A DNA stretch of 64,000 bases from Utricularia gibba (GCA_002189035.1 CM007991.1:1984001-2048000), one strand, 5' to 3'. Positions 24,104-38,143 are shown, numbered from the stretch's first letter. Numbers and translations: made by a program. The notes: generated by a model from the sequence alone, not told the origin.

Positions 24104-26404
24104 ATGACGCGCCGCCTCTACACGTCGGAGCTCGGCTGTATCGCCGCCGATGAGTTGTCCGATCTTGGTGCCGGTAAGGAAGGCTGGCTGGTGGACAGTC
24201 CGGGTCTGGTGGTGGCTTTGGATACCCATGCTCTTGCGTTTGCTAATAGGTCCTCAATTCTAATACTGAACTGGTCGGTGTCGATTGATGGTCGCCCCAA
24301 TCCGGATATGCGTCACGCGGTGAAGATCGTACCGGAGCTATCACCTATGGGGAATGAGTTTGTATCTGCTATTGAGTGGTTTGTGCTCGATGACGAGACC
24401 AGAGTTTTGGTCGTCGGGACATCGCTTGGTTACCTTATGATTTTTTCTGGCCACGGAAGTCTTCTTCATAGACAGGTTAATAGTTGTGTTACTTTTTGCT
24501 TATGATTATCTTGGTTTGTTTATGGAGATCCAGTCCTTCAGGCCGCCGTAAATTAGTGTCTTTTTAAGTGGTCTGCTTTGAGACAGATGCTTGAGTTTTA
24601 TGTTGATGATAGCGGGGGGATTTGGGATGTAAGTCATTCTCAAGTTGAATGCCTGTCATCCATTTTCAGTTGAGTTAAATGATGAAAAAAGCCCTCGTCG
24701 TTGTGCTTGAAAAATTGATCTTGAGATTGAACATTTACAGTTTAGGTTGTTATTTCCACGGTATTCTTGCTGATTGAGGTGGTTGTGATCCAGGATATAA
24801 TATATTTATCCTGTTTATGTGGCAGTTTGTTAATCCGGGAAAGATTATTAAGCTAAGGGTTCAACAAAATACAGCTCAAGGTGCACTTTCTCAGGGGGTT
24901 AGCATTATCATGCCTGGTGCAATTGCACGTTTTTCAGGATCGGAGATTCAGGTATTTGTGTTGCGGCCTTTTGAATGTTGGTATCTTAATGTGATTCCCT
25001 TTTATGCATTAATATCTCATGGATACCATCTTCTCTCAACATTTTTCTACAATACCCAGAATGTACTGCAACGTAGGATTCAGGCAACAAATTCCTTGTT
25101 CTGGATCGCGAGTTTCATGAGAAAGATTCTGGAAATGTTTCCTCAGTGCTTCCTTACGAGCTATGGAACATCAACAAGTATGGATCTTGTGTGGATGCTG
25201 CAATAACTGGTGTCATGCCTCCACCTTTAATGGAGACGCAGGTTTCCTGAACTTACATCATGTATTTGCTACTCTCTTTTCTTTGCGAACTGCAATTTGA
25301 AGGGAACGAAAATCAACTAGATAATCTTCTAAATCTATTCTGGTTTTTGAAATCAGCTGATTTTATTGTTGGGCAGTCGAGTCAACGCTACTATTGTGCA
25401 GTCAGCATAGGAGATGATGCCGTTATTTCAGCATATAGGTCAGTAAGCTAGAATGATCTCTTAGTGGTTGCATCATCACTCGATAATGATATGGTATTGT
25501 TTGTTGTTCTTTTGAAGGCTTTCGGTGGACAACAGCAGATCATTAGTGGGCGCTATCTTGTCGAAAGTTGTCCCTGCAACATTTTCTACAATAGCTTCCT
25601 TTTCAAAATTTATCTGGCCCAGTGATTCCAGTCGAACAAAGAAACCAGAACCAACATCCCAACCCGCTCGAGGTGTAAAGATTGTTTACAATATTGGTTT
25701 TTTTTTTTTTTTTACTTTAATGTTTTTAGCTACTTGCGATATCATTCTGGAACTTAAACTGATGTTATAATCCTTCCGTTGCCACAGTATTTCCTCTAAC
25801 TTGCTTGAAAGATCATCCAAGGAAGGGTGAGAAGCTGACACTCTCTCCTAGTGGCACTTTGGCAGCAGTAACAGATTCTTTGGGGCGTATTTTGCTCCTT
25901 GACACGCAGGCTTTCGTTGTTGTCCGTCTGTGGAAGGTAAACCAGCAGCAACTGTTTCACAACTATGCCGATCATGCTGAAGCTGAATCCACACACTACT
26001 CGTTTTTGCAGGGGTATCGCGAAGCAAGTTGCTTATTTGTTGAGATGCTAGCGACTAAAGAAAAATCCTTGGCACATCCTCAAGAATGTACAAAAAGCGA
26101 CTATTGTCTCTGTTTAGCCATCCACGCTCCTCGAAAAGGAATAGTCGAGGTAATGATAATATGATCCACGATATGTACAACGAACATGCCATCACTCTCT
26201 TATCATTGAGCTGCTCCTCAGGTGTGGAAAATGAGGACGGGTCCAAGGCTTGCAACCATTCAATGCCCCAAAGGTTGCAGAATGCTGCAACCAACGTACA
26301 GACACATTTCAGAATTACAGTCTTCAGCTTACGTACCTTTGCAAGTTTTCATTCTTAACGGCGACTCTGGTGAACTTTCCGTTCTTAACCCATCTGTTCA
26401 CTGA
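24104..26404 (+). CDS. Rab3 GTPase-activating protein non-catalytic subunit-like (RAB3GAP2 N-terminal region)
   Basis: LYTSELGCIA..DLGAGKEGWL, VVGTSLGYLMIFS, LPYELWNINKYGSCVDAAITGVMPPPLME, LKDHPRKGEKLTLSPSGTLAAVTDSLGRILLLD, VRLWK|GYREA and LAIHAPRKGIVE. Needs one added G at 25103-25104. Confidence 0.85.
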
Positions 26405-27048
26405 AATGTGATGAGACTGGTGTGATCTGAATATTGTGGCCCTGGCTTGATTGCACTTTCTGTGCACAAGGATCTAGTCAAATTGCTATAGCGAACACCT
26501 GGTCTCTGTAGATTGTGTGTTCTGTCCCTGGCTGGTTCTGCAGGAATGCCCTTGCACTGTGCACACTATTGAACGAACCAAACCAGCTCTGATCATCAGA
26601 GATGCGGATGGAGAAGGTTTTACTTTTGGAAGAGAGTAGAGAAGAGGTCATTTCTGACCGTTTGTTTGGTGGGGTTTTATCCAAAGATGAATCGAGTGTG
26701 GTGGTGATAAGCGGCGGAGGACGACGGCCCTAGTGACGGCGGAGGAAGGACGAGCTCGATTCAGGCGATGGGTTTTTCTGCCTTTACAACTTACAAGGCA
26801 TACCCGTTTGAGGAATCCGGCCCAAAAAGAGTATTATTTTGGTGAGATAAAAAAATAGTTAATTATTGATATGAAAAATTAGCCCCACAAAATAGAAGCA
26901 ACCCAAAGTGTGCCAAGTCAATTGCGCCTTTTTTCGCACGATTTCCCAAGTGGGCAACAATCACCGAAATCTGAAAGGGAAGTGAGAATTGAACTGAGGG
27001 AATTCGCGTGAACTCTCCGTCTCCGGCGATCGGAAAAGGATTAGCACG

Positions 27049-28647
27049 ATGGCCAACGCCAACTTGCCACGAAGAATCATCAAGGTATTCCACGGATTTT
27101 TACTTTCTGATATCCGTGTGAAAGACTTAGATTTTCTGGTGTGTGATTTGTTCATCTTTGCCAATTCCTTTTTCAGGAAACGCAGCGTCTTTTGAGTGAG
27201 CCAGGTAAATCCCGGGTTTGTATCTATCTGCATTTTTTTGAAGCTGGGTCGCTGTCTGAATTAGGGATTTGAGTTATATCGTTATCCGCGTTTGCGCGTT
27301 AAAGAAAAATTAGATCTTGGAAGGTGTTTGCGTAGTCTTTTTTTTTCTTATGGGTGAAGCGCGTGGATGTTCTTTTTGTGCTATGTGGCAGGTGATATGG
27401 TGAATTTACATACTCTTTAATGATAATACTTCTAGAGTTTGAAGTGTTGCTTCTCAATGTTTTTGAAATTAAAGTTGTGACATGCAACAGAAGTTAGGAT
27501 CGCTTCTTGGAGTTCCTTTTTTTTCTGCTCTTATGACTTATGGAATGATTTATTTTAGAAGGTTTCTGGGTTTGATGATATTGATTGAATTCGTGGCTGC
27601 AGCACCTGGAATAAGTGCGTCCCCATCGGAAGACAATATGCGGTATTTCAATGTTATGATTCTTGGCCCATCACAGTCTCCCTATGAAGGTAAGCCACTA
27701 AGCTTTCAACCGCTACTTATCGTTTGATAAGCATCCTAGTGATCTTTTTCAATTACATTCATTTATATTCTATTTCCAAAGGGTTCTATGGTCTGGTCTA
27801 CCTGGATTTTTTTCCCTATTTATTCTTTTTGGTGTTTTTCTTATCTGATGGTTGTGCCGCATTAGATATAGATCTTTAACATTTCCGCTTCTGGTCTCTG
27901 GCTGCATTTCTTTATCAAAGTTTCATGTTGACAGATGACTTTTGTTATGACATTACTTCATAGGTGGTGTTTTTAAGTTGGAGCTATTTTTACCTGAGGA
28001 ATATCCCATGGCTGCTCCCAAGGTACTGTGACAATCTCGAGTGTCATTACTATAGCCAGTTTCTAGCTCTACATGGTGTTGCTCTGATTGTATTACCTGA
28101 ACTTTATATGTTATCCTACGACAGGTTCGCTTCCTGACAAAAATTTACCACCCCAACATCGATAAGGTTTGGTTTTCTCACAGTATCTTCCTCCCTTTTC
28201 ATGTTTCTTGTAGTGTTTTTTTATTTCATCGTTTAAGAGTCAAATGCAGCTCGGGAGGATATGCCTTGACATTCTGAAAGACAAATGGAGTCCTGCACTT
28301 CAGATCAGAACTGTGCTTTTGAGGTAATACATCAAATGTAATCTCTGGCCATTTCATCTTGGCCAATCCATTCTTTTGAATCTAAATTCTCAATCTTTTC
28401 AATTCACTCCCTTTCACTGTTACTGTCTGTTTCAGTATCCAAGCGCTTCTGAGTGCCCCAAATCCCGATGACCCACTCTCAGAAAACATTGCTAAGCACT
28501 GGAAAGCAAATGAGGCTGAAGCCGTGGAAACAGGTACTGCTAACAATCTCATCTCGGAAGTACCTGTATTCCAACAATTGAAACCTGATAGCATCCCTGG
28601 ATTTTGCAGCAAAAGAGTGGACTCGCTTGTATGCAAGCGGAGCCTGA
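27049..28647 (+). CDS. UBC35/UBC36: ubiquitin-conjugating enzyme E2, UBC13 type (K63 chains), 8 exons
   Basis: [12 protein letters not shown]|ETQRLLSEP|[30 protein letters not shown]|[24 protein letters not shown]|[27 protein letters not shown]; every junction checked in frame. Confidence 0.97.
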
Positions 28648-30800
28648 GCGACACACCCCTGGGTTGGTTAAATTATTCGTATCTGCATCCTTGCTACTCA
28701 TGAAACATGGAATTCCTCCACAATATGTATGCCATGTTTTACCTTTTCTGTGATCATGTGTTGCTGAATTCAAGGTAACTTCTGGAGATTGGCAGTGATG
28801 CAACACTTGAGTTTTAGACAAAAACAAGATGAGTTTGTTTCCTCCACATCCATTTCATTCCCCTGCTGCTCAATGCAGCAACTGTTTAACCTGTACAAGA
28901 CTACAGCAGTCTTTGCCTAACCGTCATCACCCAAGACTGAGTCCATGTGGCTCAAATCATCGACGACGAGGGCAGCATTTGGATTAATCGCCTGCGCCAA
29001 GATGTCCGATCATCCTTCATGAAAAAAAAAAAAAGAGGCAATCTCCAGCTCATCTTCACCGCGAACAGTTGCAGTATCTCCACGGGTAGTTTCTCCGATG
29101 GGCTTCCGGCGGTTTCTTGGGCTGCGTGCTGCTTCCGCCACTACAGAACCGTTGTACTTGAGCAGAACAACGACCCGCCGCCCAAGACATGGCTAGGGAC
29201 ACGCACTTAGACATTTTATGTGACAAATGACAATTTCCATTTTTAGGTTTGGGATCATGAGGGTTTCCTTGACTCTGATTGGAGGATTTTAGTAATTTAG
29301 TCAATTTAGAAATATAAAATAGAATTGGTTGTTTATTTACTAAATAAACTGATAAAATATTTTTCTTCTGCTTGAACTAAAAAGGAAATAAAATTAACAA
29401 TTTGCGTAAACTAAATTAAAAGTAGCTTTATTAAGAAATGGATTAGGAATCTTAATCTCAATTAGTAGCGACGACGTCACAATGTGCAGACATAAAATGA
29501 ATAGATCCTGAAGCATATAACCTGCAGGCGGCGTTCTGCAACCATTTGAAGCTTTAATGGCGGATTTAATCCAGTTAGGCAGATTTTTAGTGACGAAGAG
29601 GAGAGGTAGTGAATGAATTACTACTCGTGCGATTTCCGAGAGAGGAAGTTCCGGAGAAGAGAGATCTCGGAATCGGAGACAGTTGGAAACATTCTCTTTT
29701 TCATTAACCACCGGTTCCGCCGCCTCTTGCGCCTTGCTTGCTCATCTTCCCCACTCCCCGATTTGATTCACTGCATACCTGAATTCGAAGCTTACTTGCT
29801 TCGTAGCCGTCGGCCGCGTTCTCCACCATTGGCCTCAATTTTCAATTCCGTTTTGAAGGTTCGATTTCGTGCTGTCCCGATATCTTGTCAGTTTATTGGG
29901 TCGATAGTCAGTCAATATGGAAAGTGCTGCGAGTATTCATGCTTTCTTAAAACATGTGCAGGAAATCCAAATCGAGTCTTCCTCAAACCCACCTCACTTC
30001 TTCTAAGGTACCGTGTTTAATCTTGGGTAAACAATGTGAATCTTGTGCTTCCATATTTTTTTCTTCATGTTCTGAGGCGGATTCCGCATTTTCTGATCTA
30101 CGCTACACATTAAGATTTTTGGGGTACTTCATCTAAGTAATGCTGCTTTATCGAAAGGGAGCGAAGTTTCTAAATTTTGTTCGTCATGCCCATACATGCA
30201 TCATACCTCAAAATCTCGCAACACCCATTTTGTGAAGTCTTATACATTCGAGCAGGGACTCTTTTTCTTGCATATGGATTTTCTGTAGTGTAGAAAGATG
30301 AGTTTATCTTGCCATGTTTAAGAAAGTGTTACTCTGCGGTTGGTTTCATTTCTAGTGTTTGTATATCTTGGTCCTCTGATTCATTTGAAGCATATCCTCA
30401 GAATTCGGTTCACACGCTTCTTGAAGCTTAATATCCGTATTTGAAGATTCTATCGATGTTCGTGTATTCGATCCTCCTCCCCAGGTGATATTCAATTCTC
30501 AGTGTTGTGCTTCGATAACAGTCTCAGTGTTGGTGCATTCTGTCCTCCTGCTGCATGTCAATATTCACTTATCGTGAAGAAAAACCTTCTCTTTTTTCAG
30601 CGTTTATCTGATTCAGTTGTTGACCAACATTTTTGGTGATGAACTATGTTCCTGGGATCAAAACATTTTTTGTAGTGGTTTTTCTTGCAGTAGTATGGGC
30701 AATGTGGCTATCGTGGAAATTCTGCCTCACTTTGTGTGTGTGTGTGTAGACGTTCGTTTCTCATCTGGTTGTTGCATTGCAGGGCTTTTCTTTAAGCCCA

Positions 30801-33094
30801 ATGTCATATTCGGGTCATAGGAATCAGTGGGATCTGTTGAATCGTCAATCTCAAGAAACTCAATCGACGCCTGAAGCACAGAGGCAGTTGCCCGTTTCCA
30901 CGGAATTAACTGGGGATTTACAGATCGTGGATTATTCATGCATCCATTTGACAGGACTGCGAAATCAGTTAGGCCGCGACCCATTCGGCCATTTTCGGGA
31001 GTCTATATTCCTGCGTCCATTTGGTCGTGCTTCCCTTCATTGTGGAGACAGCATCAAGTGCCGAACTTGTGGCCTTGTGACACCCCAGCTATACGCTTGC
31101 GTACATTGCACCGTCATAGCCTGTAGGGCGCATGCCCTGCTCCATAGTGAAGAAACGCTGCACCTTCTGGCAGTGGACGTGGACCGTGCTGAGCTCTTTT
31201 GCTGTGCCTGCAAAGACCAAGTCTATGATCGAGACTTTGATGCTGTCGTCGTCGCAGAAGCTGTTGGTGATGCTCCTCACCCGCTTCCGCGGAAGCGTCG
31301 GAGGGTGGATTACAGGCCATGGGCTCCCGATATTAATGAGCGGGCATTGATTGATGAGAATTCTATTCCTTTGCCGCCGTCCCAACTGGGAGGTCACCAC
31401 CTGCCATGTGGACTGAGAGGGCTGAACAATCTGGGGAACACATGTTTCATGAACTCTGTTTTGCAGGCATTGCTTCATACGCCTCCATTAAGGAATTATT
31501 TCCTGAGTGATAAGCACAATAGGTTTTATTGTGAGAGGGAGAATAGAACCATTGTTACTCGGAAGACTGATATGTTGAAAGACAATAATAAGAATGCTCA
31601 GTTGTGCTTAGCGTGTGATCTGGACGCTATTTTCACTGCAGCCTTTTCTGGGAATACCCTTCCATACAGCCCAGCGAAATTCCTGTACAGGTATGAGCTT
31701 GATTGTGTCCTGGGCAAGGAGCAGTCTTCAAATGCCTTTCAAGTTCTCAGTCAATGATCAATTTTTCTTACCAAGTCGGATGTGGTTTCTGGTTGAGTCA
31801 TGCTAATGGTGCAGCAAAAACCTTTTAAACCGTATTTTGTTTATTATGGTGTCTTGTTTGACATACCTATCCATATGGCATTAGATTTTACAATCCTTTT
31901 TTCTGTTATACTTCTGAATCAAGCAAATCTCATTTTTTGGCAGCTGGTGGCAACATGCGTCAAACCTTGCAAGTTATGAACAGCAGGATGCGCATGAATT
32001 TTTCATCTCAATCCTTGATGGCATTCATGAAAAGATGCAAAAGGATCGACACAAACGCCATGGTCAAGGTAACATTATATATTCAGTTTGCTTCCAAGAT
32101 GGTTGGAATTTTTTCTATTCCCGAATCCTGTTTCTTGATCACCTTTCATTCTTCTATGTTTTTCTAGTTATGTTCCTTTTTATGGTTTAAAGTCGCCTTG
32201 AATGTCTTTTTGGTGCTATACTTCTTCACATAAACTAATGCTTTGTACCCCAGCTGCTTAGGTTGGAGTATACTCTTTTTTTAGTAATAACTTTTTAGTG
32301 TAACGGCTACATATCATGCAGGAAGTGGTGACTGTTGTATTGCACATCGTGTATTTTCTGGAATCTTGAGATCTGATGTGATGTGTACATCGTGTGGTTT
32401 CACTTCTACGACATATGATCCATGCGTAGATATCTCACTGGACTTGGAACCACATCTACTCAGTTCAGCGAGAATGGCATCGAGACATCTTGCCAGTAAT
32501 GAGGGTGGTGAATCCACAAGTTCTAGACCAAACTCCGCTGCCACCACGTTGTTGGGGTGTCTTGATCTTTACACGAGGCCAGAAAGATTAGGATCTGACC
32601 AAAAATTTTTCTGTCAACAGTGTCAGGAGAGAAAAGAATTCCTCAAGCAAATGTCAATAAGAAAGCTTCCTCTTGTTTGCTGCTTTCACATCAAGCGATT
32701 TGAGCACTCATCGGTTCGTAAGAAGTCAAGAAAGATCGACAGATATTTGCAGTTCCCTTTCTCTCTTGACATGGCTCCCTACCTCTCATCAGCTGTTCTT
32801 ACAAGTAGGTTTGGAAACAGGATGTTGCCTCTCGCTGGGGAGGACCAGGACCTCTCCAGGGAATCATCTTCCGAGTCCGAGTTATTTGCTGTGATAGCTC
32901 ACTCGGGGAAACTCGACGCCGGTCATTATGTGACATACTTGCGTCTGAGCAACGAATGGTACAAGTGTGACGATGCTTGGATCACAAAGGTGAAGGATCA
33001 TGATGTCAGGGCTGCACAAGCCTACATGCTGTTCTATGTGCAGAAGACGCTCTACTACAGAGCCAGTGAAGGAGCAGCTACACCACCACCATGA
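30801..33094 (+). CDS. UBP22: ubiquitin-specific protease with ZnF-UBP domain (UBP22/USP22-like), 3 coding exons
   Basis: ZnF-UBP ([31 protein letters not shown]), Cys box [31 protein letters not shown] and His box [14 protein letters not shown]. Confidence 0.88.
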
Positions 33095-33896
33095 GAAGAA
33101 GTTAGTTTCTTGAGCGTTCACAATGCTTTCTGTGAGTTTTTTCAGGTGGACAGAATGCTGCTGCAGTAAGCACAGAAAATGAGAAGCGCAGCATGGCCTG
33201 GCCGGCGCAACTTCAGCGGTGATGGTTTTTTTTAAGCCCTTAGGCCAACATCAGCCCCTTGGTTTTTAAAGAGCGGTATGCGGTGGTTGGCCTCTGAGGT
33301 GCAGTTTTTTTGCCTGAAGCTCGCTGATGGATCCTCGCCGAATAAATTCAGTGCTATTTTTGCCACCCCATCTGTCCCTACGTTGCTGCTGTACACTCTC
33401 TTATGTGCAAGCAAGCCATTCTTGTTGGAATGACACTGAAGAAGTTTTTCCTCATCCCTTGCGTTTCTAATTAATTCTGTCTTTTCACAAAGCGGTGATG
33501 TGGATGCGCAACGCAGCAGCTTGCTTACGCACAAGACAGCTGCAATGCGCCAAGGGTGGAGGGGAAGGCATCAGCCCACAGATGGCGTCGGTTAGTTGTT
33601 AACTGCAACAGAAGATCCAGGAAGAGCTACCAACGCATCTACTTGGTTTGGCAGGGCGCGCAAAATAAGCGATACTAACAGATAGGATAATGAACCAGTT
33701 TATTCGAAGGTGTTCCTACGACAAAGTACCACGTAACTCATAAAACCGGTATAAACAGTGACAGCTCATTCCAATTCCATGTTGAAGAGATGAAAGACGG
33801 CTTCAGATCACACTAACTCCATGATGAACCAAAGGCCATCATCCAAATACTTCTTCACTCTGCAGCTATGACAGATCCTGAAGGGAAGAAGGTAGG

Positions 33897-35715
33897 CTAA
33901 TCCCTGGTGGGCACATTATGAACCCGGTGAGGTGCGTTTTGGTCATACGCCGGCGGTTGATAACCATTCGGAGCATTGGGTCCATGGCCTTGATAAGGAT
34001 TATGCACCTGACTCTGCCCCATATTTGGTGCTGGCGAGCTGTAACCTTGTCCGGGGCCAACATGTGGATTTGGATGTTGTCCCTGGCTTGGCCCGCCTCG
34101 ACGATCAAATCCTCCAGGTCCTGGTGGTGGTGGATAAGGAGGCTGTGAGAAGCCATTTGCATTAGGTGGTGCAACATTTGGATTCTGATAGTATCCTTGA
34201 CTTGGTCTGCCTTGGGGATCAAATCCTCCAGGGCCTGACGGTTGTGGATATCTTGGTCCTCCCCCTGCTTCATTCTGAGGTCCATTCACGTATCCTTGGC
34301 TTGGTCTGCCTTGGGGATCAAATCCTCCGGGGCCTGGCGGTTGTGGATATCTTGGTCCTCCCCTGCTTCATTCTGAGGTCCATTCACGTATCCAGCATTG
34401 TTTGGGGGAAAGCCTCCAGGACCCGAGTTTGGGGATATCCTCCCATGTTAGCCTGCGTTGGTCCAGGATAAGGGGTATTCCCTGGCGAAGGCATGCTGGG
34501 AACATAATTTGGATGCCCTCCCATGTTTGGGTGGGTAGTACCAGGGCTCGGGGCAGGAGGCTGAGATATGTTAACATTACCTGGATGTCCTGCATTGCCA
34601 GACTGCACAAAACCAGTGTGAATGCTTTTAGTAGGCAAAAGGCATAATGGGATGGTAGTCAGTTTGTTCTACCATGTTTGGCTGCACTGGACCAGGGGGA
34701 GGAGCATTAGGCTGGCCGGCCATATTATTGCCACCGAAGTTCTGATTCATCTGAGGATCTCTTCTTCTCTCAAAGTTCCGAGATCTGTCAAATTGGCGAG
34801 GCCTGTCATTCCGTCGGTTCCTTTCGTTCGCCCGAGCATTGTTCCTCACCCATTCTTCGTGATACTTTGGATGATATGGAACAGCTTGGCCATCAATAAA
34901 AGGTTCCCCTGCGACAAAAATATTACGTTATGGAAGATCGGTGATCCATAAACATCAGAAGCAAATGAACTCTTCAAAAGTATACCTCCATAATCCTTGT
35001 TCTTGACATCCAGGTACGAATCAGGAAGCACCCAACGAACCTTGTCTAATTCTGTCAGCCAGACAACACGAAGGTTCATTTTTTCAAAGAAACAAAACAA
35101 GAATTAAACAACTTTCAACAGGTGAAAGTGTTAAAAGAGCAAACCCTTCAACTTGTATGAAAACTCCTCAGAAACAAGGGCTCCAAATGCGTAGTAATGC
35201 CGCGTAGAAACGGAGTAGATTTTCTTTCTTGCTTCCTCCTCACTGTATAAGTGAAAGAGTCCGTCATCATACACGCACATTGGACAAGGCGCCAATAAAC
35301 ATTATCAGGCAACAGCAAAAGATAAACAAAAAAGGGACCTCCCAACGACTTCAGCCAGCTTCTTGATGTAACTATCAATAATTTCGTCCCTGGTAGGATC
35401 TCCCTCTGGCTTCTCCATAACCACAAGCCAATGCTCAAAATCACAGCCATCGAGAAGGATGGTCTCCTTCGGAGGACGATTTGACCAGTTAGGGTTCGGG
35501 TCATTCAAAGAAGACGAGGTCGACCGGGTTGCAAACCCCCTGATCGGAGAAACCCGCCGGAAATATGCTTCCGGAGTCACTGCCACGAAGGGCCGGAGAC
35601 GAAAGAGGTAACGGTTTCGAAAAACTGAAGACGGCGACGTGTAAGAACGTGACACGGCGGCGAGAAACGATCTTCCGCCCACGACCAATGACTGTCCGAA
35701 AACTCTTGCGGCCAT
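33897..35715 (-). CDS. MORF8: multiple organellar RNA editing factor 8 (RIP1) with a long P/G/Q/N-rich tail
   Basis: SSLNDPNPNWSNRPPKETILLDGCDFEHWLVVMEKPEGDPTRDEIIDSYIK, IYSVSTRHYYAFG, VRWVLPDSYLDVKNKDYGG and EEWVRNNARANERNRRNDRPRQFDRSRNFERRR. The tail needs added bases at 34431-34434 and 34360-34363. Confidence 0.92.
34191..34387. repeat. coding tandem duplication inside MORF8, 99-bp unit x2 (second copy reads 98 bp)
   Basis: Copies start at 34191 and 34290 and differ by 3 A/G substitutions and C5 versus C4. A degenerate third piece lies at about 34081-34136. Confidence 0.95.
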
Positions 35716-35726
35716 TGCAGATCCAG

Positions 35727-35761
35727 AAACCCTAACCGGGCTTGAAAATGAAGTAGGGTTT
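35727..35761. promoter_or_regulatory. two opposed telo-boxes just upstream of the MORF8 ATG
   Basis: AAACCCTA at 35727-35734 and TAGGGTTT at 35754-35761. Confidence 0.45.
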
Positions 35762-36321
35762 AACACACCATCAGGGAAAGGGGGTTTATATTGAATTCAT
35801 AGGCCTCGCCCCCATCCTTAAAAAAAAATTCAATTTTTAATTATTTAAATATAAGTATATATAATTCTTTCAATAATAAATAATTTCGGTAGAAACTATT
35901 TTACCTAATATTACATAATAATAATTATTAAAATTCTCAACAAAAAGTAAAATTCATGAAATATCAGTGACGCTGCCGATGTGTTCCTGCATCTTCTTCA
36001 GCATCCTGTGGCTTCCATTGACGAGCAGGGAATGGCTGCTTCCAGATCCAACATTCAGAGAAAAAAAACAGAGTATGAAGTTGAGGCATGCACTTGCACA
36101 TCACAGCACAATGAACAAATAGACGACGGGGGCTGTACAGCGTCCTGCACATGGAGGATATATACACAGAGAAGAGGTTCGGGTGCTTTGTTCTTCCCCT
36201 CTTCTTCCTGGGTTTACTTCATAATTAAAACCCAACGCAGTAATGAAATAGCAGATAGCAGATAGCAGATAGCAGTGTTCCAGGTTCAAACACCTCCCCC
36301 TCCTCCTCTTCCTCTGTAGTT

Positions 36322-38143
36322 CAGATGGAGGTCAAGGCAGTGGCTTTGCAGATGGGGCATGTGTTCTTGATCACCAGCCATTTCTCCAAGCATTCAGTGT
36401 GGTACTCATGCTCACACTTGAGCGTTGCGATCTCTCCCTTCTCCTCTTCGTAACTCGACTGCACAATGTTCATCACAGATCACCAAGAGCTCGCATGGGT
36501 TGATGCACAAGTGAAGTTCTGATATGCAAGTGCATACCTGGCATATGACACAGAAATCGATGTGCTGATCCAAGGGTGCTCTGGAAGGGGTACTACATGC
36601 TCTTGTTTTCAGATTGCATTGGATGAACTCCCTGGGTAGTCCAGTCCCCACACTACCCATCTGTTCTTCCAATGCCAGAAGCTCCTGCTATCACAGTGCG
36701 TTGCTTAGATGAGCGCACTCAAAGGGGAGAAGCAGGCGGCGGTTACCTCATAGGACATGTGATCGATGTCTAAGCGCATGCCGCGGTGATGGTCCAATAT
36801 GGCAGTTTCCTAGAAACAGGAGGGGATTCTTAATCAGAGTTCTGCTTACGAAATGAGACTGGAAAATGAGATTAGAGATGACAACTACATCTTCTGCTAA
36901 AAATCTCATCTGGGGAAAGCTTGGGGCCTTGCACTGGATTCAACTGAGGTTCCCTGAGGGCGATGGAAACGAAATCCCGACGAGGCTAGGTCTGTTGTCC
37001 CTGCATCTGCAGCACATTTAAACAGTCAATGCTACAAACAACAAACCATGGACTTGTCTAGAGCAGCAAACTCCTCATCAAGGATCATGAAAATCAAAAG
37101 GAAATTGTAACCTCTGGGTACGAGCATGCTGAAAGGAGGTTGAAGAGGATTGGGATGACCAAGGCGAGGAGTAGGAGGATGGACAATGACATGGGAGCTT
37201 CCGTTGTTGGCAGGGAATTGAAATCCTTGAAAAGCAGCATGACCTGAATCAAAATGATCTACAGATGCATCAGATAATATGTGAAGTGATAAACATAAAG
37301 AGGAAGAGAAGGAGATGAAAGAAAGAAGGGTAAAAGAACACATGAACCACACGATTTACCATGAGCATAATGTAAAGAAGCAGGTCTCCATGCAACTCCA
37401 TTATTCAAACGATGATTCATGTCCAACCAATGGTTTCCAGGCATCTGAATGGATGGAGCAGCATATTCCCCCATCACAGGTTGGTTTGCACTGTGTACCA
37501 GAAATGGCTCCGCACCAATAACACATGGCTGGTTTCTCATAACTCCATAGAAGCTAGTTTCAGCTACTGAAACATGTTTATTCCCAACATATTTGTCAGG
37601 GAATACTGCAAGCCACTTTCATAAAGCAAAAGTGGTTTCAGCCAACATACCATTCATGGTGGTAATGGAGGAACTAGGACCTGCAGAAGCGTTATGATAC
37701 TGGTAGCCCCCATGAGTGCCTTCTGTACCTTTCCTCTTATTTGCTCCCGTGATATCATTCATGTAAGGTACATTCCTGCTGTAGGTGCTCGCTGGAAAGC
37801 GACCAATTCCATGACTATCAAGGGGTCCATGAGAAACCTGAATTGGAAAATCTCCAACGCAAGAAGGTGGTTCTAGATATTGAGCATAGTGACCAGAAGG
37901 TGGAGGAAAATTCAAATCAAGGTTTGAGATTGGGGGCTGGATGCCGTTCATATGTGGTGCTCCAAAGTTCACTGTGCTTTCATGCAGTTCCGGCATGAAC
38001 CTGTTTCGGGGACCTGGAACTCCTGTATGAGGATGGGGCTGAGACGAGCTAGTAAAACTCTCATAGAAGATGCAGGGATGGGCTTGTTGAGCTCCATTCA
38101 TATCACTCATATGTCCCGTGAAAACCGTACTCCAATGGCCCAT
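36322..38143 (-). CDS. RING-H2 E3 ubiquitin ligase (ZFP1/MBR/RHG1-like) with a long disordered N-terminus
   Basis: ANKRKGTEG, HHRGMRLDIDHMSYE|ELLALEEQMGSVGTGL, CVICQ|SSYEE..TLKCEHEYHTECLEKWLVIKNTCPICK (C3H2C3). Needs one added base at 36912-36915. Confidence 0.88.

Noticed and set aside
24680-24778. C/D snoRNA-like arrangement in RAB3GAP2 intron 1 (ATGATGA..CTGA with a 4-bp terminal stem)
   Set aside because: I could not match the guide regions to any rRNA or snRNA sequence, and these boxes arise often by chance in AT-rich introns. A snoscan or Rfam search would settle it.
24104-26404. Rab3GAP subunit in a plant, which lacks Rab3
   Set aside because: Plant RAB3GAP-like genes are an already known, conserved family.
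33242-33293. 8-bp inverted repeat AGGCCAAC/GTTGGCCT downstream of UBP22
   Set aside because: No box C on either strand and the interior pairs poorly; consistent with chance in a 3' UTR.
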